This document shows positions 49,507 to 60,117 of a stretch of DNA of 64,000 nucleotides, piece after piece. The first letter of the stretch is position 1; each line of letters opens with the position of its first letter. The translations under genes were made by a program, and so were the position numbers. Below the pieces are notes generated by a model. It worked only from the letters and a program-made list of their open reading frames with translations, was not told where the DNA came from and made no database searches. The DNA comes from Cutibacterium namnetense (GTDB lineage: Bacteria; Actinomycetota; Actinomycetes; Propionibacteriales; Propionibacteriaceae), in the NCBI RefSeq assembly GCF_001642025.1, contig NZ_LWHO01000009.1, forward strand, positions 45,156 to 109,155. Direction: 5' to 3'.

Positions 49507-51759
49507 TCACTCCCCCATAGCGGCCGGGATCGGCTTGCGCCAGGCGCGCTCGATCTCGTCAAGGGAGAGGCTGAACAGTCCGTTGACCTCGAGCTCGCCG
49601 TGATCAATAACCTCGCCGATACGCGCAGTCGGCACGCCGTGATCCTGGCACAGCGCCTTGAACTCGCGGTAGCCGCTACCGCACAGTGAGACGACCGCCC
49701 GAGCCGGGGTCTCAGAGAACAACATCACCGACGGCTCACCTTCAGGCAGGCTCACCGAAACACCAAGACCCCCCTGCAGGCAGCTCTCCACAAGCGCCTG
49801 GGCCAGGCCACCGTCGGACAAGTCGTGAGCGCTAGACAGCAGACCGCGTTTCGACGCCTCCACCATCACTGCGGCCAGAGCCTTCTCGGCATCCAGATCG
49901 GGCATCGGAGGCATACCACCCAGGTGGCCAGCGTGGATGACGTCCTCGTAGACTGACCCACCGAACTCGCACTTGGTCGTTCCCAGCAGCAAGACGGCGT
50001 CGCCGACGTGGGCGAAGGCCAACGGGATGCGACGATGCACGTCATCAATAACGCCCAGCACACCGACTAGCGGAGTAGGCCGAATCGACTCATCTCCGGT
50101 GCGATTGTGCAGGGAAACATTGCCGCCGGTAACCGGCACGCCAAGCTCGCGGCAGCCGTCAACCAGACCAAGGATGGTCTCGTCGAATTGCCACATGACG
50201 TCAGGATCGTACGGAGAGCCGTAGTTGAGACAATCGGTGACGGCCACTGGAGTCGCGCCAGAGACAGCCACGTTCCGATACGCCTCGCAGAGAGCCAACT
50301 GGGCACCAAGGTACGGGTTAAGGGTGGTCTGCCGCCCGTTAGCGTCCAAAGACAGCGCGATGCCGAGGTTGTCGTCAATGCCGATCATGCCGGCGTCGTT
50401 CGGCTGAGCGAGCACAGTGTTGCCGCGCACGAATCGGTCGTACTGATCAGTGATCCAGGAACGGTCACACAAGTGAGCTGAGCCGACGAGCGCAAGCAGG
50501 GCCCCTGCAAGACCCTCACCAGAGTTGTCACGCGGCAACGCGTTGGCGTCATCCTCATTGAACTCATCTATCCACCACGGACGAGCGGCTGGCATATCGA
50601 GTACCGGCCCGTCGTGAGCAACGGTCCGCGGATCGACGTCGACAATCCGCTCGCCGTGCCAATCAATGTGCAGGCGACCGGTGTCGGTAACCTCACCGAT
50701 GACAGTGGCAGCAACACCCCAGTGGGCGCAGATCTCCATGAAACGGTCGAGCTGGTCGGGGCGCACCACCGCGGCCATCCGCTCCTGAGACTCGCTCATG
50801 AGGATCTCTTCAGGGGCAAGGTTCGGGTCGCGCAGCGGGACGCGGTCGAGCTCAACGTGCATGCCACCGTCGCCAGCACTGGCCAGCTCAGAGGTGGCAC
50901 AGGAGATTCCGGCGGCACCGAAATCCTGCAGGGCCTCAACCACCCCAGCGTTAAAGAGGTCAAGGGTGCACTCGATGAGCAGCTTCTCCATGAAGGGGTC
51001 GCCCACCTGGACGCTAGGCCGCTTCGACTCACCCTCTGCGGCGAAGGACTCCGAGGCGAGGATCGACGCGCCACCGATACCGTCACCACCGGTGGCCGCA
51101 CCAAAGAGAATGACAAGGTTGCCCACACCCGAGGCCTTGGCGAACTGTAGATCCTCATGGCGCAGCACCCCGACGCACAGGGCATTGACGAGCGGATTGC
51201 CGTAATAGGTGGGGTCGAAGAGGGTCTGGCCGCCGATCGTCGGCAGGCCCAGGCAGTTGCCATAGTCGGCGATCCCGGAGACAACACCGGGCAGCACACG
51301 TGCGGTATCTGGAGCGTCCAGCGGGCCGAAAGCCAAGGCATTCATGACGCCAACCGGGCGGGCGCCCATCGCCATGATGTCGCGAACGATGCCACCAACC
51401 CCGGTAGCTGCACCCTGGTGGGGCTCGACGTAGGACGGATGGTTGTGAGACTCCGCCTTAAAAGTGACGGCCAGTCCGTTGCCGATGTCGACAACGCCGG
51501 CGTTGTCCCCGATGCCGGCAAGCAATGGGCCGAGCGGCGTCTGCTGGGGCAAGTCACCGAATCGACGCAGGTACTTCTTTGATGATTTGTACGAGCAGTG
51601 CTCCGACCACATCACCGAATACATAGCGAGTTCGCCGCCGGTTGGGCGGCGTCCCAGGATCTCCCGGATGCGCTGATATTCGTCGGCGGACAACCCCAAC
51701 TCTGCCCAGGGCTGCTCAACGTCGGGGGTGCTGACGGCGTTCTCCACTGTGTCTGCCAC
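49507..51759 (-). CDS. purL: Phosphoribosylformylglycinamidine synthase subunit II
   Basis: A PurL-family protein of 750 aa with duplicated PurM-like domains. Confidence 0.9.
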   Translation of the reverse strand: MADTVENAVSTPDVEQPWAELGLSADEYQRIREILGRRPTGGELAMYSVMWSEHCSYKSSKKYLRRFGDLPQQTPLGPLLAGIGDNAGVVDIGNGLAVTFKAESHNHPSYVEPHQGAATGVGGIVRDIMAMGARPVGVMNALAFGPLDAPDTARVLPGVVSGIADYGNCLGLPTIGGQTLFDPTYYGNPLVNALCVGVLRHEDLQFAKASGVGNLVILFGAATGGDGIGGASILASESFAAEGESKRPSVQVGDPFMEKLLIECTLDLFNAGVVEALQDFGAAGISCATSELASAGDGGMHVELDRVPLRDPNLAPEEILMSESQERMAAVVRPDQLDRFMEICAHWGVAATVIGEVTDTGRLHIDWHGERIVDVDPRTVAHDGPVLDMPAARPWWIDEFNEDDANALPRDNSGEGLAGALLALVGSAHLCDRSWITDQYDRFVRGNTVLAQPNDAGMIGIDDNLGIALSLDANGRQTTLNPYLGAQLALCEAYRNVAVSGATPVAVTDCLNYGSPYDPDVMWQFDETILGLVDGCRELGVPVTGGNVSLHNRTGDESIRPTPLVGVLGVIDDVHRRIPLAFAHVGDAVLLLGTTKCEFGGSVYEDVIHAGHLGGMPPMPDLDAEKALAAVMVEASKRGLLSSAHDLSDGGLAQALVESCLQGGLGVSVSLPEGEPSVMLFSETPARAVVSLCGSGYREFKALCQDHGVPTARIGEVIDHGELEVNGLFSLSLDEIERAWRKPIPAAMGE

Positions 51760-51788
51760 AGGACAAATCTAGCCGGTGAGCAACATCA

Positions 51789-53198
51789 TTGCCGCCCCGA
51801 CCACAGATGTGCCCTCACTCAAGGCACATAGGAATGATGGAACGTCTTACCATGATCCAAGTGAGTACCCCCACATTGAGCCCTCGTCGTCGCGTCGCCA
51901 TGACATGGGTGGTGTGGATTACAGCCGTAATCGCGTACGGGTTCGCGGTCATGCAACGAACCTCGCTAGGCGTCATGGGGCTGACGGCAGCCGCCCATTT
52001 CAACGCCCCGGCCTCCGTCGTCGCCACCTTCATGGTGCTGCAGCTAGCGATCTACGCCGTACTCCAGATTCCAGCCGGTATCACCGTCGACCGATTAGGG
52101 TCGAGGGTCGTCATCACCGCTGGATCGACCGTCATGGCCATCGGACAGGTCGTCATGGCACTCGCCGGGAGTGTCGGCGGAGCAGTACTAGCTCGCCTTC
52201 TCGTCGGATGCGGCGACGCTTTCATTTTCGGTGCCGCAATACGGTTGGTGCCAGCTTGGTTCCCCCCTAAGCAAACCCCCCTAGTAACCCAACTCACCGG
52301 TTTGCTGGGCCAGTTCGGACAAGTCGCCTCAGCCGTTGGCCTGGTGGCCATGGTGAACAGCAACGGGTGGCGTTCCACCTATCTCCTGGCAGCCGGTGGT
52401 GCTGCGGCAGCGGCTGTGCTGGCAGTTCTCCTCATCCGTGACGCCCCGCCCGCAGTGGAGCCACAACGTACTGACACCAACGTCAAACAGCTCCCCCATC
52501 AGGTCGCCGAGGTCGTCAAACATCCCTCGACGCGGCTGGCTTTTTGGGCACACATGTCGTCGAATTTCGCCGGAATCGTGTTTTCGCTGATGTGGGGCAT
52601 GCCCTACCTCACCCACGCTGAGGGGCGCTCAGCGGCCACCGCCTCGACGCTTATGACGGTCTACGTCATCGCCAATGCCATCGCCGGACCGACCGCCGGC
52701 ATCCTCACCAGTCGGCACCCCATTCGTCGCGGCACCCTCATCGAGGCCATGATCACCGCCTCCGCGCTGGCGTGGCTGGTCGTTCTAGTGTGGCCGGGGC
52801 CCGCCCCGTTGTGGATGCTTTTCCTCCTCACCATCTGTCTAGGCATCTCCCTGCCAGGCGGAAATGTCGGCTTCGACGTGGCGCGCACCTTCCAGCCAGG
52901 CAACCGGTTAGCCACCGCCACTGGTGTAGCGATTACGGGCGGCTTCTTCTTCGGCCTCTTGGAGATCGAAATCATCGGTTTACTACTCGACATACTGTGC
53001 CCTGGCGGCCGCTACACCCTCAGCGGATTCCGCTGGGCGATGTCAACCCAGCTCTTCTTCTTTGCCATCGGATTGATCGGGTTGGAGATCAACCAGCGTC
53101 GGCTCTACCGGATCATGGCCGACAACGGCGTAACCGTACCTACCTGGCGCGAGGCCGTGGAGCGGCAGTGGCGGGTCGTCAAGCAGCGTCGCCGCTAA
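51789..53198 (+). CDS. MFS transporter (start uncertain, probably MMERL or MIQVST)
   Basis: About 12 TM helices, with an MFS loop GxLxDRxGxR (VDRLGSR). Confidence 0.7.
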   Translation: MPPRPQMCPHSRHIGMMERLTMIQVSTPTLSPRRRVAMTWVVWITAVIAYGFAVMQRTSLGVMGLTAAAHFNAPASVVATFMVLQLAIYAVLQIPAGITVDRLGSRVVITAGSTVMAIGQVVMALAGSVGGAVLARLLVGCGDAFIFGAAIRLVPAWFPPKQTPLVTQLTGLLGQFGQVASAVGLVAMVNSNGWRSTYLLAAGGAAAAAVLAVLLIRDAPPAVEPQRTDTNVKQLPHQVAEVVKHPSTRLAFWAHMSSNFAGIVFSLMWGMPYLTHAEGRSAATASTLMTVYVIANAIAGPTAGILTSRHPIRRGTLIEAMITASALAWLVVLVWPGPAPLWMLFLLTICLGISLPGGNVGFDVARTFQPGNRLATATGVAITGGFFFGLLEIEIIGLLLDILCPGGRYTLSGFRWAMSTQLFFFAIGLIGLEINQRRLYRIMADNGVTVPTWREAVERQWRVVKQRRR

Positions 53199-53213
53199 AC
53201 AACCCGCCGTTAC

Positions 53214-55757
53214 TCAGCTATTGAAGTCACGGGCGGTTTCGGCACGAGATGCGGCGTCGCGACGCTCCCTAACCATCCGGGTCAGACCACCAGAGGCCAA
53301 CTGGTGACTCGCCAACCAACGGTCAGCAGTCTCGGCGACATCGCCGTCAGGGAACAATCCGACGACTAGACGCTGGGCCATCTCAATCGGGAACTCCTGC
53401 CAGATCTGCTCAAGATCATCGAAATAAGAGCTATTAAGACCGGCAAAGGCCTCTGCTCCCAGCGGGGTACGCAATCCCTCGATGAGGGCCAGACAGTGCT
53501 CATTGGACAGCTCCCCCGGGGTGCGCAGGCGACGATAGGCCTCCTGTTTTGCGGCATCGTCGGGACAGGCGGTGAGGGCAGCGAGGTGATGGGCGACACC
53601 GGTCTTGGTGTGGTCACGCTCTAGCTCAGCATCTAGATCTTCGACGCTGGCCTGGCCCAGACCCGCCAAGGCCATCCAGGACTGCCACCTCATCTCCGGA
53701 TCGACGACCAGGCCGGTGACATCACCGTCAAGCAAGCCACGGACCCGTCCAGCCGACTGCGGATCGGCAGCTGACAACGCCAGAGCGTGACGAGCCCACA
53801 TGCGCTGTAGATCGCTACCTGGCTCGGAGCCATCGAGTCCGAGCCAAGCCCGGGCTGCCTCCGCGCGACGTGCACTCTCGCGAGCAAAATCAGGCAGATA
53901 GTTCTCGACGGCCATTCGTGACTGCTGCAAAACGGTGGCAAGGATGGCCGGTTCGGTCTCCTTGGGGCCATGCAGGGCAGCAGCATCGAGGTAGTCCTGC
54001 ACCTTGAGCTTGGCGTCGCGCACGGCATTCCACAGCATCGACCAGACCAGCGCGCGAGCCAATGGGTCAGTCAGGCCCGACAGGTGGGCAAGGACGGTCT
54101 TCGTACCGGTGGCGCCGAGACGCACCTTGGCGTAGGTGAGGTCATCATCGTTGATAAGGATGAGGTCGGGAGCCGGCCTGCCCGCAGCCTCAGGAACCGG
54201 AGTGCGCGGGGAAGAGATAGCGAGATCAATGAGGTTAGTGCGCACCAGGTCTTCGCCACGCAGGGAGTACAGCCCGACACGCAAAGTGTGGGGACGATTA
54301 ACGCCGCGGCCAGTGCGGACGTCGACCGAATCACGCACTACAGCCAGCTCGGAAACTACACCGTCACGAATGGTGAGCTCTGGCAGCAGAACGTCGGGAC
54401 CAGTGGTCTTGAGCCAAGCGTTGACCCAGACGCTCAGATCGCGTCCGCAGGCCTTTTCGAGGTGACGAATGAGGTCGTCGAGGGTGGCTGACGAGAAAGC
54501 CAATTCGCGGAAGTAGTGGCGGGCCGCGCCAAAGAACCGCTCAACACCGACATGGGCCACCAGCTGTTTGAGCACCGAGGCGCCTTTGGCATAGGTGATG
54601 CCGTCAAAGTTTTGACGGGCAGCCTCCAGATCGACGATGTCAGCGACGATTGGATGAGTTGTCGACTGCTGATCGGCGGTGTAGGCCCAGGCTTTGCGCC
54701 CGACGGCGAAGTTCGTCCAAGCCTCGCGGTATTCGGTGCCGGCGACCGAGGCGTGAGCGCCCATGTACTCGGCGAAAGACTCCTTGAGCCACAAATCGTC
54801 CCACCACTTCGGGGTGACGAGATCGCCAAACCACATGTGGGCCATCTCGTGGAGAATGGTGTTGGTACGCCCTGCGAGCTCAGATCGAGTAGCCGGGCCG
54901 CGATGGATGTACTTCTCGGTGAAGGTCACCAGACCCGGATTCTCCATAGCGCCAAGGTTGTATTCCGGCACGAAGATCTGGTCGTACTTGCCCCACGGGT
55001 AGGGGTAGCCGAAGGCGTCGTGGTAGAAGGCCAGGCCCTGCTTGGTGATCTTGAAGATCTCCTCATGATCCACGTACTCGGCCAAGGATGCGCGAGCGAG
55101 AATGCCCAGCGGGATGGACTCCGAGCCGTCGCGGGAGTGCCATTCGTCCTCGAATCGGACGTACGGGCCAGCGGCGATGGCGGTGAGGTAGGTCGACATC
55201 CTCGGGGTGAGTGCGAAATCGTGTAGAAGGCCATTTTCCTCCTCCCGAATGTCCTCGTGGACCTGGTTGGAGGCGACCCGCCAGTCGCTCGGGGCGATGA
55301 CGTCAAAGTCGACGTGGGCTTTGAGGTCAGGCTGCTCGAACACTGAGTACATCCGGCGAGAGTCCGCCGCCTCAAAGTGGGTGTAGAGGTAAACCTTGCC
55401 GTCGGCGGGATCGACGAAGCGGTGCAAGCCCTGGCCAGTGTGTTGGTAGGGCAGCTTGGCGGTGACGACGACGAGATTCTTACGATGAGTATGGAGTCCG
55501 TGAAGCTGGATACGAGAGCCGTCATACTCCGGCTCGACCTCCTCATCGTTGACGATGACCGACTCAATCTCGCCGTCGAGCAAGTCCAGGAAGGTGTCGG
55601 GCTCCTTGGTCGAGAATCGCACCCTGGTGCTGGAGGTGAAGTGGGTGGCCCCATCAGCGTCTGCACCGCGCACGTCGATGCGGACGTGGTATCTCTCGAC
55701 AGTGATGATCTCGGACCGGTGACGGGCTTCTTCGCGGGTCAGATTCTTCGTACTCAC
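53214..55757 (-). CDS. pepN: Aminopeptidase N (M1 family)
   Basis: GAMEN, plus HEMAHMWFGDLVT and a downstream E forming the HExxH-E18 zinc site. The protein is 847 aa. Confidence 0.9.
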   Translation of the reverse strand: MSTKNLTREEARHRSEIITVERYHVRIDVRGADADGATHFTSSTRVRFSTKEPDTFLDLLDGEIESVIVNDEEVEPEYDGSRIQLHGLHTHRKNLVVVTAKLPYQHTGQGLHRFVDPADGKVYLYTHFEAADSRRMYSVFEQPDLKAHVDFDVIAPSDWRVASNQVHEDIREEENGLLHDFALTPRMSTYLTAIAAGPYVRFEDEWHSRDGSESIPLGILARASLAEYVDHEEIFKITKQGLAFYHDAFGYPYPWGKYDQIFVPEYNLGAMENPGLVTFTEKYIHRGPATRSELAGRTNTILHEMAHMWFGDLVTPKWWDDLWLKESFAEYMGAHASVAGTEYREAWTNFAVGRKAWAYTADQQSTTHPIVADIVDLEAARQNFDGITYAKGASVLKQLVAHVGVERFFGAARHYFRELAFSSATLDDLIRHLEKACGRDLSVWVNAWLKTTGPDVLLPELTIRDGVVSELAVVRDSVDVRTGRGVNRPHTLRVGLYSLRGEDLVRTNLIDLAISSPRTPVPEAAGRPAPDLILINDDDLTYAKVRLGATGTKTVLAHLSGLTDPLARALVWSMLWNAVRDAKLKVQDYLDAAALHGPKETEPAILATVLQQSRMAVENYLPDFARESARRAEAARAWLGLDGSEPGSDLQRMWARHALALSAADPQSAGRVRGLLDGDVTGLVVDPEMRWQSWMALAGLGQASVEDLDAELERDHTKTGVAHHLAALTACPDDAAKQEAYRRLRTPGELSNEHCLALIEGLRTPLGAEAFAGLNSSYFDDLEQIWQEFPIEMAQRLVVGLFPDGDVAETADRWLASHQLASGGLTRMVRERRDAASRAETARDFNS

Positions 55758-55896
55758 ACCACCAGAGTATGGCAGTGGCGCGTGCCATGGGCGTCTAGAC
55801 CGAGCAGTTCCTCTGGATGAAGCTGTACCTCGAACCGATCAGGGTGTCTCATGTCCGCTGTTGACGGGTACGAGCCGGCGGGCAAGGGCAGCCGTG

Positions 55897-56334
55897 TCAG
55901 GGTAGGTCATCCAGCGATTCCTTTGGACAATCGACCTGCTGGACCGTCACCCCATGGGCCACGTCGTAAACCCGACACGCGACCGAGGATGCCGATTTGC
56001 CCCCGTCAGGTGGCAACAGAGAGCCTGACTCCATATGCCTGTATAAGTCGACACGAAACCGGGTCCCCTCACGACTACGCACAACCCACCGGTCGACGAC
56101 GTTAACATCCGGCGGGTTGGTCTCGTTGAACCATGTCTGCGCGGCGTCCGCACGTTCAGCCGGGGAGGTGAGCCCATGCGAGTCCAACTCCTTGCGCAAC
56201 GCGTCGGGCAGGTCGTAGTCAGCTCGCCCAGCAACATCCTCATCTGTCTCAGACTGGATCGTGCTGCAACCCGCCACACCGAAGCAGAACAGCACACACG
56301 CAGTCATGACGACCACGAACCGAGGACTCCTCAT
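55897..56334 (-). CDS. Lipoprotein, tandem-duplicate copy 1
   Basis: MRSPRFVVVMTACVLFCFGVAGCST carries the lipobox VAGC. It shares about 85% identity with copy 2, including an identical C-terminal 40 aa. Confidence 0.7.
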   Translation of the reverse strand: MRSPRFVVVMTACVLFCFGVAGCSTIQSETDEDVAGRADYDLPDALRKELDSHGLTSPAERADAAQTWFNETNPPDVNVVDRWVVRSREGTRFRVDLYRHMESGSLLPPDGGKSASSVACRVYDVAHGVTVQQVDCPKESLDDLP

Positions 56335-56601
56335 CGGCGCCCCCTCAGTTCTCGCCGAGCAACCGCACACCGCTCCGGCAGATACGCATCTATGGTACCA
56401 GCACCCCTGGCACATCCACATCACACAGTCACGATTGCGACTAAGACGCGAAGTTCTAGCAAGAAAGGCAGGGCGTCATCACTGCGCTTGGTGAGGAGCT
56501 TGCCGAGTCAACCGATGGTGATCAAACGCTGTCCCTCGAACCAATCGGATGTCTCATCTTCACTGTTAACGAGTACGAGCCGGCGGGCAAGGGCAGCCGT
56601 G

Positions 56602-57039
56602 TCAGGGTAGGTCATCCAGCGATTCCTTTGGACAATCGACCTGCTGGACCGTCACCCCATGGGCCACGTCGTAAACCCGACACGCGACCGAGGATGCCGA
56701 TTTCCCCCCGTCAGGTGGCAACAGAGAGCCTGACTCCACACGGACGTAGAAGTCGACACGCAACCGGGTCCCCTCACGACTACGCACCACCCAATGGCCA
56801 CCAAGAGAGATGTCTATCGGCCTGGTCTCGTTAAACCACACCTGCGCGGCGTCCGCACGCTCAGCCGGGGAGGCAAGCCCCCGCGAGTCCAACTCTTTGC
56901 GCAGCGCACGGGGCACGGCAACGTCGGCGCTATCCGCTGCTTGCACATCCGCCTCAGATTGGATCGTGCTGCAACCCGCCACACCGAAGCAGAACAGCAC
57001 ACACGCAGTCATGACGACCACGAACCGAGGACCCCTCAT
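56602..57039 (-). CDS. Lipoprotein, tandem-duplicate copy 2
   Basis: MRGPRFVVVMTACVLFCFGVAGCST. Its ATG overlaps the stop of the upstream Tat-signal gene (ATGA). Confidence 0.7.
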   Translation of the reverse strand: MRGPRFVVVMTACVLFCFGVAGCSTIQSEADVQAADSADVAVPRALRKELDSRGLASPAERADAAQVWFNETRPIDISLGGHWVVRSREGTRLRVDFYVRVESGSLLPPDGGKSASSVACRVYDVAHGVTVQQVDCPKESLDDLP

Positions 57040-57725
57040 CGGCGCCCCCTCAGTTCTCGCCGAGCAACCGCACACCGCTCCGGCAGATACGCATCTATGG
57101 TACCAGCGCCCCCTGACGCATCCACGTGATCGACCACGTCGAAATGGCTCTGCAACCGTCCCACCTCAGGTGAAGTCGAACCTTTCGCGAGGTAGATCAA
57201 GGACTGGTCAGGCACCCTGAGATGCCCACCCCAAGCCAGGACTCCTCGCGACTCAGCAACGATATCCTCCAGCACAACAACCTCATCGGGGAAAAGATTA
57301 CCCGTTGACCCGTACGGGAGAAAACTCTCACGAAAAAGGAAGGCTGTCCCGGACAGAAGGTTGGACCGTTGCGGTGAGGCAACATTCCGGTCATGCTGGA
57401 GCCCTGCCACGTCACCGGGACGCAATGAGACAAGTTCGTAGTTGATGCGCCTCAAGGCATGCAGCAGCACGACCGACGGTGCACCGGTCGTCAGAGTCAC
57501 GTCGATCCCTGCACCCTCGACCGTCTGCGCAGCAGCAGCGGCACCGATCGGCCAGTCGTTAGCGCTGCGCATCCCAGACCATCGTTGCACGCGAGAAGGC
57601 TGGATGGGCGACAACGGAACCGGGGGCAGGGCGGCGGCCTCAGAAGCCAGAACGGCCGTCAGCCCGCTTGCGGCCATACCGCTCAGCAAGGCACGACGGG
57701 GAATCTTGTAGGAATTGTGTGTCAT
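57036..57725 (-). CDS. Tat-signal secreted hypothetical protein
   Basis: MTHNSYKIPRRALLSGMAASGLTAVLASEAAA is a twin-arginine motif. An RBS AAGGAAC lies 7 nt upstream and immediately follows the stop of the large upstream gene. Confidence 0.6.
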   Translation of the reverse strand: MTHNSYKIPRRALLSGMAASGLTAVLASEAAALPPVPLSPIQPSRVQRWSGMRSANDWPIGAAAAAQTVEGAGIDVTLTTGAPSVVLLHALRRINYELVSLRPGDVAGLQHDRNVASPQRSNLLSGTAFLFRESFLPYGSTGNLFPDEVVVLEDIVAESRGVLAWGGHLRVPDQSLIYLAKGSTSPEVGRLQSHFDVVDHVDASGGAGTIDAYLPERCAVARRELRGRR

Positions 57726-57738
57726 CGCCGCGTTCCTT

Positions 57739-60117
57739 TCACGCGCTTTCCGCCAGCTGACTGACAATCTTGGCGAAACCTTCAAAAAATGGGGACAATT
57801 TCTCCGACGGCAGTACTTCCGGCAACAGAGCTTTATCTCTGATCTGCATCTCCACCGCTGCTACTTGCAATTTGTGCAGCACAGAATCGGATGAATCGAA
57901 AAACATAGCCCGAGCCGATTTCTCAACAGAATCGGACGACGAGTTAAACCGCAGCCGATAGAAGTCGCGGAAGCGGGTCGTAATCGCCTGGCCAGTCAGG
58001 TAATCCCTCAGCACCGTCTTGAAGGGCACGCCAGCACGGATCGCCCGGCCCAGAAGATATCCATCCACATCTTCGATCATGTCCGAGAAACCGAAGGACG
58101 ACTCGACACCGCGATGAGCAAGCCGATCCATACAAAACGCGTACCCCGACGCATAACTCCTCTCATTGTTCATCCAGTCGGCATAGAAGGTCGAGAGGTC
58201 ACCACCCCAGCCCCCGAAATCGCCTCGGTTCGCATTTTTCCCGTCGCCCCAGCCCATAAGCATGACGGCGTTGGCAGTCGCGGCGAGATGATCCATTGAT
58301 ACGGTCTCATTGTAAATGGGATCCTCGAACGTGAGCATAAGCGAGCCAAGTTCGCTCGTAGCTGCCGTGAGCCAGTCCTCATCGGGAGCCCCGAGCAAGA
58401 TCCTCCAACCTGCGTAGACGTGGGTGTACTTCGGGTGTCGAAGGAACTCCAGCACCCGTTTGTTGATAAGGGCGACGTCACTGGTGCCCCCACCGAATTT
58501 CGCCGCCATGTCATGGACCTGGTCAACTTTAGCCAAGGTGTCCTCCAACTTTGACGGTGTATGCCCACCCACTCCATCCGGGCCAATCCCCGGATCAATT
58601 TTCGTACGGTGCACATCGCGGTCCAAATCAATTTCCTTGCCAGAATCAGCAGAGTAACGAACCTCCTGAATCTGGTTGAACGACCAATTATACGGAAGAG
58701 GGAACCCGAGATTGCCGGAGAAGCCCCACGACATTCCTGAGACAAATGAACTTACCGTGTAAGTCTGCTCTGAGACGCGCGAGCAGACATTACGACAACC
58801 GTAGACGCCAGCGCGATAGGCATGACCTCGGCTAGCCAAGGCCGCCTGAACTCCCCGAAAATAAGGAATAATATTGCTGTCAATTTCAGGATCGGTTGCG
58901 TCATGGTCCACCGAGAAGTAGACAATGGCGCCTGGATTGAAACCGTAATAGACCATGCGGTCATGTGCCTTATTTCCGTGTTCCCATCCAGATTCAAAGG
59001 AGAAATCAATCAGGTCACGTGCATTGTACTGCCAAATGGGGAACACTCTCATGTTGCCAGCAAAAATAGCATGGAGTTCACCATCTTTGAGTTTTTTATC
59101 CAGCTTGCCGCCGGGGGGTTCATCAAGATACCTACCTACGACCCTATAACCCGATCTGACCAGCGAATGCGCAAGCGACTCCGTGATCGTGAAACGAGTA
59201 TCACACGCATGCGCCGCGCGATTTGGGTCACCTGTGGATACCAATAATTGACACCACGTTGCGTAGTCCACACGATTGGTAACTGGTAGCAAACTGAATG
59301 CTTGAAATGCCTGAATATACTTGGCCAACTTGTCATCAAACGTAGACTTGAACATTGTATGAACCATGCCTTCACCTCTTGGAACAGCACCGTTGAAGAC
59401 ACAAGCCGCAGACAGCAACTCGACAAGAACACCACTATCACCAGGCTTCAAAATATGGGCTGCCAGCTGCCGTTGGGTCGCCGGCCCGAAATTCCCATTC
59501 ACCGAGGCGTCCGCTATCCCAAACTCAGACTGGAGGGCCTTCATTAGTAATTTCTGAACGTCACGTGAATAATGTCCCTCCGTAGGGATAAGCGTTGCAA
59601 AACTACGCCGCCAATAACGGCCATTCAACCACTGCTGGATCTTACGAACTTCCGGATCACCTCCGGCGACTAGGACGTAAGCATCCATCGTGAGCAAGGC
59701 CTTGAACAGTTTAGCATTCAGTCTCTCCTGCTTCCCAATACCCATGTTGTCGGTCATGGCATACAAGGAACCCGCCACTGCATCCTGCTGCGGCCCAAAA
59801 GGAGGTGAACTTCTCCAGATCCCGTCGAGATCCCCACCGGGATAACCTTTACAGTAAAAGGCGCACTTAATGATGTTGACAATATTCTTGTTCTGTTCGC
59901 CCGGCCCGACACCACCACGGGCGTCCACCTTGGACATTGTGGTCGGACCGAACGCATGCGACAGTTCCTGGATCCCCAACTCGTGCTGCAAGCCTTGCGT
60001 GAGCGAGTACATCGTCGCCCAATTCGTTTTGCCATTCTCCGGGCAACGGTCATAGCCAGCAATGCCCGAATACGTCGCGTTGACCCACCTCTGGGCATCC
60101 AGCACCCGCTCATCCAT
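57739..60117 (-). CDS. Large cytoplasmic-start (no signal peptide) multidomain protein: 3x peptidoglycan-binding (PG_binding_1-like) repeats + DUF1906/Rv2525c-type GH25-like domain + roughly 330-aa unknown C-terminal domain
   Basis: The repeats are ...RWVNATYSGIAGY..., ...IQQWLNGRYWRR... and ...GNFGPATQRQLAAHIL.... The DUF1906-like core reads ...VYFSVDHDATD...YFRGVQAALASRGHAYRAGVYG.... GC is about 52% against about 63% in the flanks. The ATG at 60117 is preceded by AGGGG; an alternative GTG lies at 60147. Confidence 0.6.
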   Translation of the reverse strand: MDERVLDAQRWVNATYSGIAGYDRCPENGKTNWATMYSLTQGLQHELGIQELSHAFGPTTMSKVDARGGVGPGEQNKNIVNIIKCAFYCKGYPGGDLDGIWRSSPPFGPQQDAVAGSLYAMTDNMGIGKQERLNAKLFKALLTMDAYVLVAGGDPEVRKIQQWLNGRYWRRSFATLIPTEGHYSRDVQKLLMKALQSEFGIADASVNGNFGPATQRQLAAHILKPGDSGVLVELLSAACVFNGAVPRGEGMVHTMFKSTFDDKLAKYIQAFQAFSLLPVTNRVDYATWCQLLVSTGDPNRAAHACDTRFTITESLAHSLVRSGYRVVGRYLDEPPGGKLDKKLKDGELHAIFAGNMRVFPIWQYNARDLIDFSFESGWEHGNKAHDRMVYYGFNPGAIVYFSVDHDATDPEIDSNIIPYFRGVQAALASRGHAYRAGVYGCRNVCSRVSEQTYTVSSFVSGMSWGFSGNLGFPLPYNWSFNQIQEVRYSADSGKEIDLDRDVHRTKIDPGIGPDGVGGHTPSKLEDTLAKVDQVHDMAAKFGGGTSDVALINKRVLEFLRHPKYTHVYAGWRILLGAPDEDWLTAATSELGSLMLTFEDPIYNETVSMDHLAATANAVMLMGWGDGKNANRGDFGGWGGDLSTFYADWMNNERSYASGYAFCMDRLAHRGVESSFGFSDMIEDVDGYLLGRAIRAGVPFKTVLRDYLTGQAITTRFRDFYRLRFNSSSDSVEKSARAMFFDSSDSVLHKLQVAAVEMQIRDKALLPEVLPSEKLSPFFEGFAKIVSQLAESA

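Larger units (their letters stand above)
55828..57125. repeat. Tandem direct duplication, two units of about 593 bp separated by about 112 bp, each carrying a complete lipoprotein gene
   Basis: Unit 1 spans 55828..56421 and unit 2 spans 56534..57125. Long runs are identical (for example GTACGAGCCGGCGGGCAAGGGCAGCCGTGTCAGGGTAGGTCATCCAGCGATTCC...). Confidence 0.85.
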
